From: Nemertoderma westbladi
Lineage: Eukaryota > Animalia > Xenacoelomorpha
DNA length: 43,728 bases
Reading direction: 5' to 3'
Assembly (NCBI GenBank): GCA_032718475.1
Contig: JAUCBJ010003180.1
Coordinates: 1 to 43,728, forward strand
Shown here: piece after piece, positions 24,357 to 37,212 of the stretch
Numbering within the stretch: position 1 is the stretch's first letter
Layout: the number at the start of each line of letters is the position of its first letter
Notes under the pieces: model-generated
What the model saw: only the letters and a program-made list of their open reading frames with translations
What the model was told of the DNA's origin: nothing
Database searches by the model: none
Made by a program: the position numbers and the translations under genes

Positions 24357-24547
24357 AAATTTACTAGTATCATTAGCTATGCATTATACTAAGCCAGCAA
24401 AGTTTATATCCAAACCCAGAAAGTAATTAAAATTATTGATCAATATGGACTATTAAAATCGTCAAAAGTTATTCACAAATTAATTTTTCACAGATGATTA
24501 ACAGGGGTATAATACTTAATATCAAACAGTATACTATCAAGTCAACA

Positions 24548-24960
24548 TCACAGATTATTAAAGTCACAGCTAAATAATGAGTTCTTTTTCATGTTTTCTA
24601 GCTTAGCCCTGGCATATCGAATGCTCAGGAATAGTTGCTTACATTGAGCTTCCTTACGGCTTAGCTTATTCTGCATTGTCTTTGCTAAGAGAATTGCCCT
24701 TCCAGCTGCATCATTCACAACTTTAATGTTGTCTACAACATTTTTCACCTTTCTGTAGTCTACATCACTCTCCCATTCAACCACTGGTTTCATCACAAAA
24801 GACTTTCCCTCTATGCCCAATAGTTTGAACAATAGTCAAGACCCAGGTCCAAATAGATCTCAAAGCTGTGTAGTTGTAGCTGTGTATGCTTTGAAAGATA
24901 ATCATCAATCTGAACATGAGGTGACTAGATTGATATATCTCAACAAAGACCTGGATCTAA
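24548..24960 (-). pseudogene. C-terminal fragment of another hATm-related transposase
   Basis: LRDLFGPGS*LLFKLLG...PVVEW..D.DY...V.NIKVVNDAAGRAI, a degenerate VVNDxAER catalytic motif. Confidence 0.6.
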
Positions 24961-24971
24961 AGAATATCCAA

Positions 24972-27900
24972 TAGGGTGTAGTGAATTTTCGAAATTTCTG
25001 ATTTTCGTTCCAGAACTCAGTCAAAATATGAGGTTGGATATCAATAGCAACTATGCCATATATTTTTTCAATCTGAAAAGTAGAAATCATGTCTCCGTGC
25101 CACTGAAATTTTCAAATTAATTAACAAAAATGTCATATTTGTCTAAATCTAGATGGCTCCAGAAAGAGAACCAATTATCGGATTTTGTAGAAATCCTGTT
25201 TTTTGGAATCTATGGACAGAGTAGAATGCCATAGGAAGACACAAAATTAATTTTGGCAGAGTTGAAAAAATTTTATTTTTTAAAAATTTCAACTTTTTCT
25301 GAATTGTTGTTGGAATGTTTCTGAAATGGTAAATTGCAAATTAGGTAATAGCAAAAAAAAGGTTAATATGTGACAAAATACTTCAGTTGTGATGTTTTTA
25401 GAATATAATTAATTGTTTTCAGAAGACAAATGCTCTAATATAAGTTCAATGTTGTTAGGATACACCGTTTATGAATGCTAGGATTAAGACTATCTCATGT
25501 TATTTTCAGAATACAAATTGTTTCTTAGTGTTAAACGCTTTCCGTTGTTTCCTGGCATCAATCCTCGAAAGTATTAGTTTATCTCTCTCATTACTCCCAA
25601 CAACTTCCATCGACACTTCAGTCACGATTCGGACCATCCTTTCAACAACCTGAGTGTGACATGGGTAGTCAAGATTAGGAAGATCGAGATCTTTAGAAAC
25701 AAATATGCTACTGAGATCACAATCTAAAATATCCTTAGTCAATGGTGGTTCAGTGATGATGTTAACAGTCCAATCAATCAGACTGATGTAATCATTGGCT
25801 TCAAAATTGATCAATGGAGGCTCCAGCTTTCGAACATTGCTTGATAACTGGATGGAGTTTAAAACCTGAGCTTTCTTAATCTTGCATACAGCAAGCTTTC
25901 GAATGTGAACTCGCTGATCCATTAACATGGATATCAGTAGATTTTCAGAGTGTGCAAAGAATGCATTACGTTGGATTGTTGAATCGACTGTAGCTTTATG
26001 TTCACCATCGAGGTAGCGGGTCCACTTTACAAGTTGAAAAACGTTTAGTTATCCATCTTTAATACTATTGTGGCATTTAATCAGGAACCACATCGGAGAA
26101 TACACATTAATGATATATTTAACAATAACAGTAAGTCCCTCACTAGGTGAATGATCTGATATATATATGCGACATATACGATTTGCGGTGGTAACCCAGT
26201 TTGAATGACTGAGCTTACCAGGATCAAGTCGAGCCAATCTTTCATCACAATGTCCATCAATGATCGCGCATGTAATTAAATAAAGATATTTTTGATCCGT
26301 TGACAATTCCTTGATTACTGATTGTGGAAGTTTTGTGAAGGTTTCTGATGTGATCGGCATATATTCAATCACATCCATTCTTGGTAGATTACCATTTGCA
26401 ATTCGGTCTCCAATTAAACCTTTGAATGCTTTAGGACCTGAAGTAGGCCCATCAACTAAGGTAAATAGGTGGCGCAGGGGGAGTTCATTCATATGCAACA
26501 TGCAGATAGACCACTGTAAAGGTCTTTCAAGTTTCAATTCTAACAAATGAATCACACCAGCATGAACTCCAGTATTTAAAGGAGTACCATCACAACCAAC
26601 AACTACAATATCTGACAAAGACAAAGACCTTTCCTGGAAGAAATATAGTATTGATGTTAATATATCCTCGGCTCGGCCTCCCTTGGGACTAACATGACTA
26701 AGATAGCATCCTCCTGGTTCTGTCACCATTACATAATGTTCTTCTAATTTGGATTTTACATGGTTAGATGTGGATTCATCTTTTATTAGAGTTAAATCCT
26801 TTCGGCCATCAAAATATAATCCAGTGATTGATTCTGACCGAGAAAGTGATGATTCAAATATAGATGATCGACGTTTTGCTCGTTTTCTTCTGATATTGTG
26901 ATGATCAACAACATCTTTTGATGAGAAGCTCACCCCTTTTATGTCTTGAGATGTTGCTGAAATAATTGCAGCTGCAGCGCGATCGGGAATTGCATATCTA
27001 TCAGCTTCCCTACAAGCAGAAATGTACAATAATTCCTATTTTGAGATGTACTGGAATGGCTGGATGTTGATGGTTCAGGAGGAAATACATCCATCGGACT
27101 TTGATCTTCAGGTGGGTTAGAAGATTCAGTTACCGTAGAAGATTTGGCAACCCTTTCCTGTTCGATACACTGCCTCTTATTTTGAGCTTCCTCCCTTTCC
27201 GCCCTGCGTTCATATTTATTATGTTTTTCAGTAGCAATCCTTGCTGCATTACCATCTATACCTCCAATATGTAATAAACGTCCTGCTCTCTGATCCTCCA
27301 GAAAATCTACTTCAGCATCATTTGGTTCCTTGGCAATTTCAAATAATTTCTTAAAATGTTTCTGATATTCTACTAGTCGCTCAGAGTAAAACGTCTCCAA
27401 TTCTCGCGCCTTGGGTACTTTGCTAACATCATCACGAATATTGTCCAACTCACTCAAGATTTTCTTAGTCACTCCTATTAGGGTATAGGTGGGAATGCTG
27501 GCACGGATATAAACAGAAATAACATCCTTGGCAGCTAATTATGCAACATAGGATAGTTTTGGGTTGGAAGGAATTGATGCTTGCAACAATTTAAAATGAT
27601 GTAGAACATCACCAATAGTCGGAAGTTGGGTCAGTGGCAACTGTGTTGGACTCCCAAATAATGAAGTGTTAACCTTTTGACGAGTTCCTTTCGACATTTT
27701 AGAAATATAATTAAATCGTCAGAATTTAAAAGTCCTATATACTAGTCTATAGTTTACAGCAGTAGTAGCAGTTTAGTTTTTAATGCATACCGGTACAAAT
27801 CATATGAATGTCATAATGTCATAAATTAATTACACACTAAAGTATGTACTACTAAAGAATAAATGTGAAAGTAAAAGTAAATAAGTGTATGCCTAGCCCT

Positions 27901-28545
27901 TGTCCGGTACTAACATACAGATAGATTTTAGGACAGAAATAATAAATGCTTGTTGGGTTGATTTATCCAGACATAGAGGAGGGAATTTTGAAATCTATGA
28001 ATCAAAAGTTGTCATATTAAACGCTAGTTAGCGAGCTGTCATAAACTGTGTGTTTTCTTTAAACTATTCAATAAATTTAACTAATAAATTATTAATTAAA
28101 TCAAATTAATTAAGGCCTATTGGCAGTTGTATTCTAAAAACTCTTAGTTATTATATTCTATGAACTTCATTATCGTATTATAAGTACTTGTATATTTATT
28201 GGCATTTATTTATTTTGCAATTTAAATTTTTCCATTTTTGGAAAAATGTTAAAATTTTGAAAAAATAAAATTTTTTGAACTCGGCCAAATTTAATTAACT
28301 GTCTTCCTATGGCATTCTACTCTGTCCATAGATTCAAAAAAACATAACTTTATTTATTTACCTTACTTTTTATTTAAACAAATATGACATTTTTGTTAAT
28401 TAATTTGAAAATTTCAGTGGCATGGAGACATGACTTCTACTTTTCAGATTGAAAAAATCTTTTGCATTGTTGCTATTGATATCCAACCTCATATTTTGAC
28501 TGAGTTCTTCAAAAATCAGAAATTTCGAAAATTTACTACATCCTA
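24972..28545 (-). mobile_element. Second hATm-like DNA transposon
   Basis: Imperfect TIRs of about 320 bp start TAGG(G/A)TGTAGT(G/A)AATTTTCGAAATTTCTGATTTT and enclose a transposase. No matching 8-bp TSD is visible. Confidence 0.85.
25506..27697 (-). pseudogene. hATm-like transposase, intronless, with stops and frameshifts
   Basis: MSKGTRQ...QLPTIGDVL, FLEDQR, GLYFDGRKD, GCDGTPLNTG, WSICMLHMNELPLRHL and YPCHTQVVERMV. It is homologous to 9888-14784. Confidence 0.88.
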
Positions 28546-29799
28546 TTGAGTAACATTTGTTTCATGCTATTTACACATTTACTTCTAAACGTTTATTACA
28601 TGCCGCCCGCTTGGACAAAATAACATGAAAAATATATATTTATGGACGTGTCGCAAACGTATTTTCAAACGTTTGCCATGTTCAATAAAAATGTGATATA
28701 AACGTTAAAATTACAAGAAATTGTTATCAGGACAGGCTGGAAGCAGGTAAGATGTTTGAAATCTCTGTATTATGAACAGTAATATTAGGAAAGACACAGT
28801 CGAAACTCAGTAGGTGGAAATATGATACAGCTGTGGTGATGGAAACTTGCTTTAGAGCTATTAGTTAATGTTTGCCACTTGCAGATTAAAACTTGAGAGA
28901 ACAATTTACAGCAGAGTTGATGTTGAGTACAGTGGGTTGAGAAGAATTTAAATGGAAAGATGATGCCATATTCTGCTGAATTAACTGAGTGGAGGTACTT
29001 CTGGTGATCTTCATACATATGCAGATAAGGTTAGTGCGGTAGGTCCCTCTAGTGGGTGTAGTAATACAAATAGAACAGGTGTCATGGATTCAGTCGACTG
29101 TGGGCTTATTAGCCCATGCTCGATAGTCATGGAAGATCGATGTGATTTTGCTGCTGCTCTAAATTCAGCAAAAACGACTCTTTTTGCAAATTCTCCGAAT
29201 TCAAAATGGCCACGAAAGTGTGCCATATTGGAATCGGACAGTGAGCCAGAAGAAGATGCAATAATTGTGGATAATATTGTAGAACCATCTTATTGCTTTA
29301 AAGAAGGTACCGGTACAACAAAGGGGAATCTACAGAGGGAGGGGTACTATTAAAGATTCAGTGTGGATAGTTCCACTGAACCCTTACGATGGAAATCATC
29401 TTTAGAGCAGCAGCAGAAGACATCAAAAAAATGTATAGTAGATCAGTTGTATAAGGTCTCAAGAATGGCCTATCAAATACAAAAGGCCCAAAACAACGTT
29501 GAAATGGGTTTCAAGTGATTCCATTCAAATTCAACAAATCTCGGTAGCATTCATTTCATACTTTGAGTTTCAGCTTATGGAGACAGGATCCAATCGGACA
29601 TCTTTACTGCAGTTTGATAGTTTAAAACACACCCTGAAGGCCTTAGGAGATACCGCTCCAAGGTAGTCCGTGTCTGGGAAGCTACATAATCCCAAGCGAG
29701 GGAGATAGACTCCCTTCAGAAATTTCATGATATAAAACATGCGGATGCCTTAGAAGTGATAAATAAAAATGACATTTGAGATGCAGTACTTAAGGCACA

Positions 29800-30260
29800 G
29801 AAGCATTGCTTGAGTGCCGGTTATATGCAGAAATGTAAGAATGTCCTCGTTGTAAGACATCATCGCATGCAGGTGTTGTACTTGATGCAGATACGTTTAG
29901 TATGATTGAATCATATATTAAAACTATCAGAAACGAGTGGCTCAAGCAACTACTGGGGTCACCAAATTTGAATATGTATTCGTGAATTCCTGTGGCAATA
30001 TATATGGGTCTTCAGTAACACAGGAAATAGCAAGGCTCCATAATCATTTTCAATTATCATATTGTCCATCGGTAACCAATGTGAGAAAGGTAATGGAAAC
30101 GGCAGCCTCAGTAATTCCTTGTGATTCCACAAGGAATGGTCTAGCGAGTTACCTCTGCCATAGTGCAATAACCCGCGATAGGAACAACATATTTTCCACA
30201 AAAAAAAATGTAATGCCCATGACTTACTTAAGTCATTGGCCAAAACAGGGGAGCAACAAA
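29800..30260 (+). pseudogene. Tyrosine-recombinase (Crypton-like) remnant
   Basis: AGVVLDADTFSMIESYIKTIR, YVFVNSCG, SVTNVRKVMET and LASYLCHSAITRDR resemble the C-terminal YR pattern (T.xRK...T...LA..M.HS..TA..Y). It is degraded. Confidence 0.5.
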
Positions 30261-30815
30261 TGCAGGATGCTCATGATATGTTCGAGGGCCACTCTGCCCT
30301 TCACAAGGTCCTTAATAATAATACCAGAGCTGGGCTGGGGAGTGCTACATCCCTTGCTAACACTACAGCTGCATCTACCTCTGCTGCCATATCCAATAGT
30401 GCCACATCTAGTATGATTTCAAGCGAAGGAATTAATTCTGTATCAATCCAGAAATCACCATGTTCCCCACTTAAATCGCCATCACTGACAAAAAAAATGT
30501 CTGATTTTATGAGTTAAACGCTGGGGACTCCCCTTGTGAGCTAAACAGTGTTTACTTTCTTAAATCCGATCGATTTCCAGCTCTAGGCTCTTTATCAAGG
30601 TTTCAAATAATATAAATCAACAATACATAATATTTAATATTTAGAGCGTACGTACGTAGGTACCGGTATTAGTTATTAGTTATTTTTCGGGGGTAGAACC
30701 AACCCACGAGAGCGATCTGGGGAGGGGGCTGGCAACCTCGACGCCGATTGAGTCCGAACGGACCCCTAATAGACCTAGTGTAGCTAGGAACCTGTTTGGG
30801 GGTGGGACAGAGTCG

Positions 30816-33039
30816 TTGGCGGAAGTTAACCTAACGTGTGCGAGCTCCTACGAACGGGATTCGGATCGAAGCGGGGAGGAGGGGAATCGAGGGAACTCCA
30901 CCCCATGGAGGGTTCCAGAGATCGGACGGAGATACGAGGTGGATCGACGGCGAGTTCCGGAGGCGAGATCTATGCCGTTCCTGGAGCGGACGACTCATCC
31001 GCATGCGGACCTACCGCGTTTGAACTTTAGACCGTACGCTGTACCGTATAAGTGTCGGTATGTGACAGGAGCATGTCAGAACGATGATGTAGAACGCTTC
31101 ATCGCGGAATTACATAACGTTGCGGATCGGGACGCTTCCGAACCGAAACGTAAGCCGAATTTGACAGCAAATCAACGCGGGGAACTGAAGAAGTTGAAAC
31201 GGGACTCAACTCTAGCGGTAGTCCGAGGGGACAAGACGGGCAATGTAATCATTCTGGACGAAGATATTAGGAGACGGGAAATTAGTCGAGCACTGGAGGA
31301 TAATTCAACGTATGAGAAGTTACTTTTCGACCCGACAAATAAGTTTTCTGCAGAGCTGAAACGACTTTTAAAGGTCAACAACATCGGCGATAAGGAGCTA
31401 CAAGATTATATAGTGCCTAAGAGTCCCGCGATGGGCTATGTCTTCACGCTATTTAAGGATCACAAAGAACGCTCTGAGTGGATAGATTGGGGAGGAGGGA
31501 TGCTCGTACCGAAAGCGAGACTGATCATTTCAGCAACAGGAACAGTGTCCGAGCGCGCCGCTCAGTTTCTGAATTCAATTATCCAACCGATTTTGGAGAG
31601 GATGCCGCACTACATTCCGGATTCCGCCGCAGCGAGGAGAAGCTTACCGGTCGAACCACACGAGCAGGTGACGTTTCTGGCACTGGACGTGAGGGATATG
31701 TATCCTTCGGTGGATTTTAGTTTAGCGACTGATGCGATATCGGCCACTTTGAAGGAGAATCCAGACGTCATGGAGGACTCGGGGTATACAGTAGAGCAAA
31801 TTATTGTCTTACTACGATACGTCATTACTCATACATATTTTTGTGCAGAAGGGGGTTTCTATTTATTAATCAAGGGGCTAGCGATGGGGGGGCCGGCGGG
31901 GAAGTCGATTGCAGTGTTGACGGTAAATAGAGTACATATGCATATTAGTTTGATTACTTTAGTAGGCACTACCTTTTTTAAGACATTTGTGGACGACGGG
32001 GAGGGAATTTTTAATAGAGTATTAACAGAGGAAGAGAAGGGTGATATTAGGGTTAGGTACAACTCTGGCAGTGGGGAGGTGTTTGGGCGGGACTCTATTC
32101 AGTTTACCATTGAGTTTTCGCATGATAAATCCACCTTTTTGGATTCAGATTTGTTTATTAGGGGAGGGGACAACCGTATAGGTACTGCTGTTCACTTTAA
32201 AACGTTATCCAAGAAATTGCCTATCCCCTACAGTAGTCACCATGACAACGCAGTCCTACAGGGCATTGTGAAGGGCCAGATCAAACGATTTTGGCGTTTG
32301 ACGGGAGGGGGGACAGCGTTTGTGTCCGCCAGGGACCGATATTTAACGGACTGTTGGGCGGTTGGGTACCCTGAGGAGGTTCTAGAGGGATTACGGGGGA
32401 GTAGCGGTGGTAGGGGGATGGTTACCCGAGGGGAAGCGAGTGACAGAGTACGGGTTTTCCTTCCAGTGGATGGGCGAGTGGGGGGCGTCATGAAACCAGT
32501 GGTGTCGAAGTTCAAGGAGACTTTGGACCTATGGGGATTGTCTGTGGGGATATCGACGAAGAGTGGGTTAAACTTAGAGAAAATACTAGTGAGGAAGAGG
32601 GACCGGACAAATTGGAGGGGGAACAGGGCGTGTGGCAGGCCTCGGTGTATGACCTGTTCATGGATTCTAGATAGAGAGGACAACGCCATGGGGGGATAAG
32701 ATTACGGGTGCGTTTGATTGTTCTACAAGTAATATACTGTATTTTATTTGCTGTAAAGTACATCCGGACTCTTATTACATTGGGCAAACGGAACAACGTC
32801 TCCGTGAGAGGATGAACACTCATAGATCTGTAATAAATAATTTTAGGTTAGCTGCTGTGCCGGAGTACAATGAACATGATGAGTTTCTGTTGGTGGAACA
32901 TTTTAGGCGGTGCGAGATGGGAGATATTTGTGTTACTGTGTTTAGGGGATATAGGAACGACGGGGATAGGGTGCATGGGGAGGCCAATTATATCCATCGG
33001 TATAAGCCTCCATTGAACAAGAGCCGACCGACCATTTGA
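30816..33039 (+). CDS. Penelope RT and GIY-YIG endonuclease (one frameshift in the G-run near 32690)
   Basis: GDKTGNVII, FKDHK, ARLIISA, LDVRDMYPS, GLAMGG, FVDD, FLD and SSHH motifs, then a CGRPRCMTC linker, then CSTSNILYFICC...YYIGQTEQRLRERMNTHR...EANYI...PPLN. The true start is uncertain. Confidence 0.88.
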
Positions 33040-33063
33040 CCTGTTTGTAACCGGGTGCAATAG

Positions 33064-33500
33064 TAGGAGTCATACTGTACATATATTGAAATGGGGGTGA
33101 TGAAGTACACGGGAATTCGCGGGGGGTATCTAGGGGTAGTGTTTATATGTGGGTTTTTTTTATATATTTTGTACTGGGCAACTGTCATACAGGGGGGATT
33201 TGTGGCGTTAGGAGTCATACCGTACATATATTCAAATGGGGGTGATGAAGTACACGGGAATTCGCGGGGGGAATCTAGGGGTAGTGTTTATATGTGTGAT
33301 TCCTTTTTTTATATATTTTGTACTGGGAACTGTCATACAGGGGGGATCTGTGGGGTTAGGAGTCATACTGTACATATATTGAAATGGGGGTATGAAGTAC
33401 ACGGGAATTCGCGGGGGAATCAAGGGGTAGTGTTTATATGTGTTTTTATATATTTTGTACTGGGCAAGTGTCATACAGGGGGGATTTGTGGGGTGTAGGT
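33064..33500. repeat. Three tandem copies of a unit of about 145-148 bp in the Penelope 3' region
   Basis: Units start TAGGAGTCATAC at 33064, 33209 and 33357, with a partial start at about 33557. Confidence 0.9.
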
Positions 33501-34642
33501 AATTGGGATCACATAGGTTTAGTTTGTATTTGCTTAATTTTCTGATGGGGTAACATTAGGAATCATACTGTACAGAGATAGTGTACATGGCGTAGAGGAA
33601 CCGATTGGCAGATTGTGGTTAAAGTTTGGGGCGTAGACTGATATGAGAGCAATGTGTGTTAAATCTGGGGTTTACTAGTAGTGATACGCGTAGCCTACGT
33701 GTATGTAGGTAGGGGAAACAGGATTTGGCGTCCTCCCGCCTACCGGTAGGGTCTGGACCGCTCATTCCTGACTGGTGGAGGGACAGGAAGGTCCGAAAGA
33801 TGCTACTAGCGGGGGTTTCAGACTTTGGTGTATTGTGGTAGGCCTAATGCAGGATAGCAGTGGGCAGTAGGTGTCGGATTTCGGGTCGCGTGGGCTGATG
33901 GCGGCGGCCGGCAGGGCCGGGGGGGGGGGGGGGGGGGTGGTATCAGTTATGTATTTTGTGTACTTTTTATATTTCGGTTCTCTATTGTCTGATTGGTGGT
34001 GCGATACAAATAGATCTTTGGTACAGCGATATGCTATACTGCTATATGTTAATATTTCTGTAATTTTGGTGATTTTTCTACATTTTAGGTCTACTGCTCT
34101 ACCTATGTAAATAACTAATACCGGTACCTACGTACGTACGCTCTAAATATTAAATATTATGTATTGTTGATTTATATTATTTGAAACCTTGATAAAGAGC
34201 CTAGAGCTGGAAATCGATCGGATTTAAGAAAGTAAACACTGTTTAGTTCACAAGGGGAGTCCCCAGCGTTTAACTCATAAAATCATAATGTTCCAAAATC
34301 CCCTTAAGACGGCATGTCGTTCCATTTTAACGTTTAAAAAAAATGTCAGCAGCAAAGTTAGTTAGTTAGTTAGGTAGCGGCTGGAGCGCCGTTTATTTTC
34401 GTATACTATAATACATAAATCATATCATATTTAAATCATATCTAAATCGTATTGCTAATACTAATATTATAACTATAACTATACTAATAATACTAATTCA
34501 GCCATAAACAATATTACCAATAAAACCATATAAAACAATGTGTTTCACAGACATTTGTTAAATATAATGCAATATGAGGTTGAATAAATTGGTTATTGTG
34601 GCAGCAATTGACGATGTTGGATTGTCGCTAATAGGGTATGTA

Positions 34643-35425
34643 CTATTTTTTTGTTGGATCTGCTACATGAAGTGTGAAATGTTCATCGTCGATGTCTGGT
34701 ATGAGTATGATTGAGTTTTGCTGAGTCGTTGCATCCCAGGAACTTGTGATATGTCTAAGGGCAGCTGAAATATCCCACTCCTTTTGGTGTAGCTTTTTAC
34801 TTAATTCAATGGGGATGGTTATTGTGTGTGAAAACTGTATCTCCAATATTCCAAAGAAATATTCTATTATATGGTCACTGATATATAATTCTTTATCCCC
34901 TCTAGTTGTGATTGTTTTCTCTCGTGAAGTAGGATCAGGTATTTTTATTAGGTGTATTTCTCTAGGTAGGGGGGGGATTAGGGTTCTAGGATTGGTTCTC
35001 TTTGGTTTTGTTATGGCTTTGACGATTTCAGCTGTTGGCGCATTCTGCGTTGATGATAGGTTTTTTGAAGAATCGGCAAAAAAGCCCATTGACTCCTCTA
35101 TTTCAGATATGCTAATGTCGTTTAGAGTATCGCTGGTGGTAGAGAAGGTTACATTGATTTTGTTACTGTGTGTGTTGGATAAATTCTTTTTTTTTTGACT
35201 TCTCTTTTGGTTCCAAAGTTGAGGTGTTTTGTTTTGTATGTTCATGTTTTTTTGGAGCGTTGGTTGATGACATATATATTTTTTTTTTTTTTTTGTATTT
35301 ATACAGGTAGTCTCAGTTTGTATACTCGAACCCATCAGTCTGTTGTGACCCGTATTTTCCTCCATTGCGAGAGAGCCAGGTTCGGCTTCTTCATTTGGCG
35401 TCATCTGATTCAGAGGGTCAGACAT
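34643..35425 (-). pseudogene. Low-complexity ORF ending in a truncated Ulp1/C48-like protease domain, probably TE-derived
   Basis: YISDHIIEYF...IILIPDIDDEHFTLHVAD resembles the Ulp1 pattern WLxDxII...lIP....HW.L.v.D. The catalytic Q/C motif is not seen. Confidence 0.4.
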
Positions 35426-35598
35426 GTGACTGTCAGGTGGGGTAGGAGAAGGGCTGCCTCCAGCCAGGCGCTGGTGCGGGAGTGGTTGGGGTTCGTGGTT
35501 TGGTGAGTGCTGTACTGTACTGAACTGTCGTCAGGCCGTGATGCGCAGTTCACACAGTTATCGCGCCGCTCGTGGTCTGGTATATACTCCTTTCCGCT

Positions 35599-37212
35599 AG
35601 TGCAATCATGATATATCTCCTTTGCCTTTGAAGCAACCGCACAATCAACCATCTGGAAAACAATGAGTGGTAGCTTAGATGAGTCACTGACCAGGTGTGC
35701 GGGTCCCTTTACTACAGCGCCATGTATCATCCTAGTACTTCCGGTTCCTGTCCCTTCCGTTGTAATTATTGGCAACACTACTACCCCGTCGTTCTGATTA
35801 TACATATATGAGGCTACAGGCCTTAGCATGGCTTCATACATTCCGACATACTCGTCACCTATACTGGGACTAAACGTGGAGAGAATTTGTTTGCTGATGT
35901 TAACTGCCTCATCATCCACTGCGTTGTACGACCTCCGTCCTAACGGGGGGAGAGTCCCATTCGGATTTGTGCTGCCTAAATAAGCAACAAACTCTTCTAT
36001 TATTGGATCCGCCTTAGCTGATTGGATAGCGAAATTGTGTAAAGACATTCCTTCGTCTATAAACACTCGTTTCCTAGACTCCTTGGCGCGACCCACCCCA
36101 AATAACGTTTTTTCCGCTCCTGATATTAGATCGTTAGATCTTCTAGGTTCCTTCACGTTATTAGTCCAGTGGGGTAGACATTTTCGCACTGTTACCTCGA
36201 ATTCTTTACTAGTACCTTGGTCTGGTACTAAGTGTGAAAGGAAATTCTCACACGCCTTAACGTTGGATGTTATGTCTTTTAACGGGGCCTTTCGCATCCC
36301 TAGCGGGAACATTGTTTTCCATTTTATACTGCATCCCTCGTCAAGGGGAGTTTTATCTGCGTGAGTGAGTGCCTGGAAAGATTTTCTCGGGGTGTACATG
36401 TTCTGTAGAGCAATCCGAATACATTCATTCCGAAGATCCAAGCGTTTGATTTTACATCTTGACACAGCAATTGTTGGATTAACCTCTTTCTGATTAAACA
36501 GGGGTAGTACCTCCTTGGGCATCTCTAGAACTTGTGGGGCTTCATTAGTCCTGGCAGCTATCCTGATACGTTCACAGTCGTAATCCGACAATTGTAACCT
36601 AATATTCACCAACGCATTTTTGATATATAATATCTGTTGAGAATTTAACGCGCTAACATCCCCACAAAGAATTTCAGGTTGAAAAAAGTCTACTGTGATT
36701 ATGGTGGTGATATTCCTCACTCCCTTAACGATCAGAGCCTCCACTTTCCGGTCGTATGATTGCATTGTATTCCCAACATAAGATACCGCAACTTCTACTA
36801 GTTGGGGTTCGATATCTGGTTTCACAGGAGCTTGGTTGATATTGTACTCGGTACCGTTCTTGGTAATTCCTTTTTGGATTAAGTCAGGCATGTAGTTCTC
36901 CAACCTGTCGTCCCATTCGGGAAGAGTGTAAAGCCTGCGTTTAGAAATAGCCGTCCCTCGGTCTAATCCTTCAAGTACGATATATTCATCAACCATGTGG
37001 TTCTTTTCCAAGCTACCTTTTATCAAGAAGCAATCGTGAATTTGAGAACAAACAATATAATGAACACACCACATCCATTTTGCAATGGATTGTTGCTCTT
37101 CATTACCTCTAAACCACCCTGGACGAGTGGTATCGGGTATCAACGACAAAATTTTAGCTGGTATCGTGCTGAGTAGTTTAGACATTATTATTATAAACCT
37201 CTTGCTATTGCT
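35599..37212 (-). other. PA: Endogenous orthomyxovirus-like PA segment, copy 2 (5' terminus, UTR and 529 open codons, 3'-truncated)
   Basis: The terminus AGCAATAGCAAGAGGTT starts at 37212 with ATG at 37185 (MSKLLSTIP...). Motifs WCVH, VLEGLDR, YMPDL, VEVAVS, YDRK and HGAVVKGPAHLVSD are intact. Homology to copy 1 ends at YHDCT (about 35599). It lies within ORF 35410-37434. Confidence 0.9.

Larger units (their letters stand above)
30502..34285 (+). mobile_element. Penelope-like retroelement (Neptune type) bounded by 176-bp inverted repeats
   Basis: 30502-30677 is the reverse complement of 34110-34285 (one mismatch seen) and the pair encloses an RT plus GIY-YIG coding region. Confidence 0.85.

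Noticed and set aside
33064-33500. Tandem units as a CRISPR-like or ribozyme array
   Set aside because: The units are contiguous with no unique spacers, there is no CTGATGA...GAAA core, and the context is eukaryotic.
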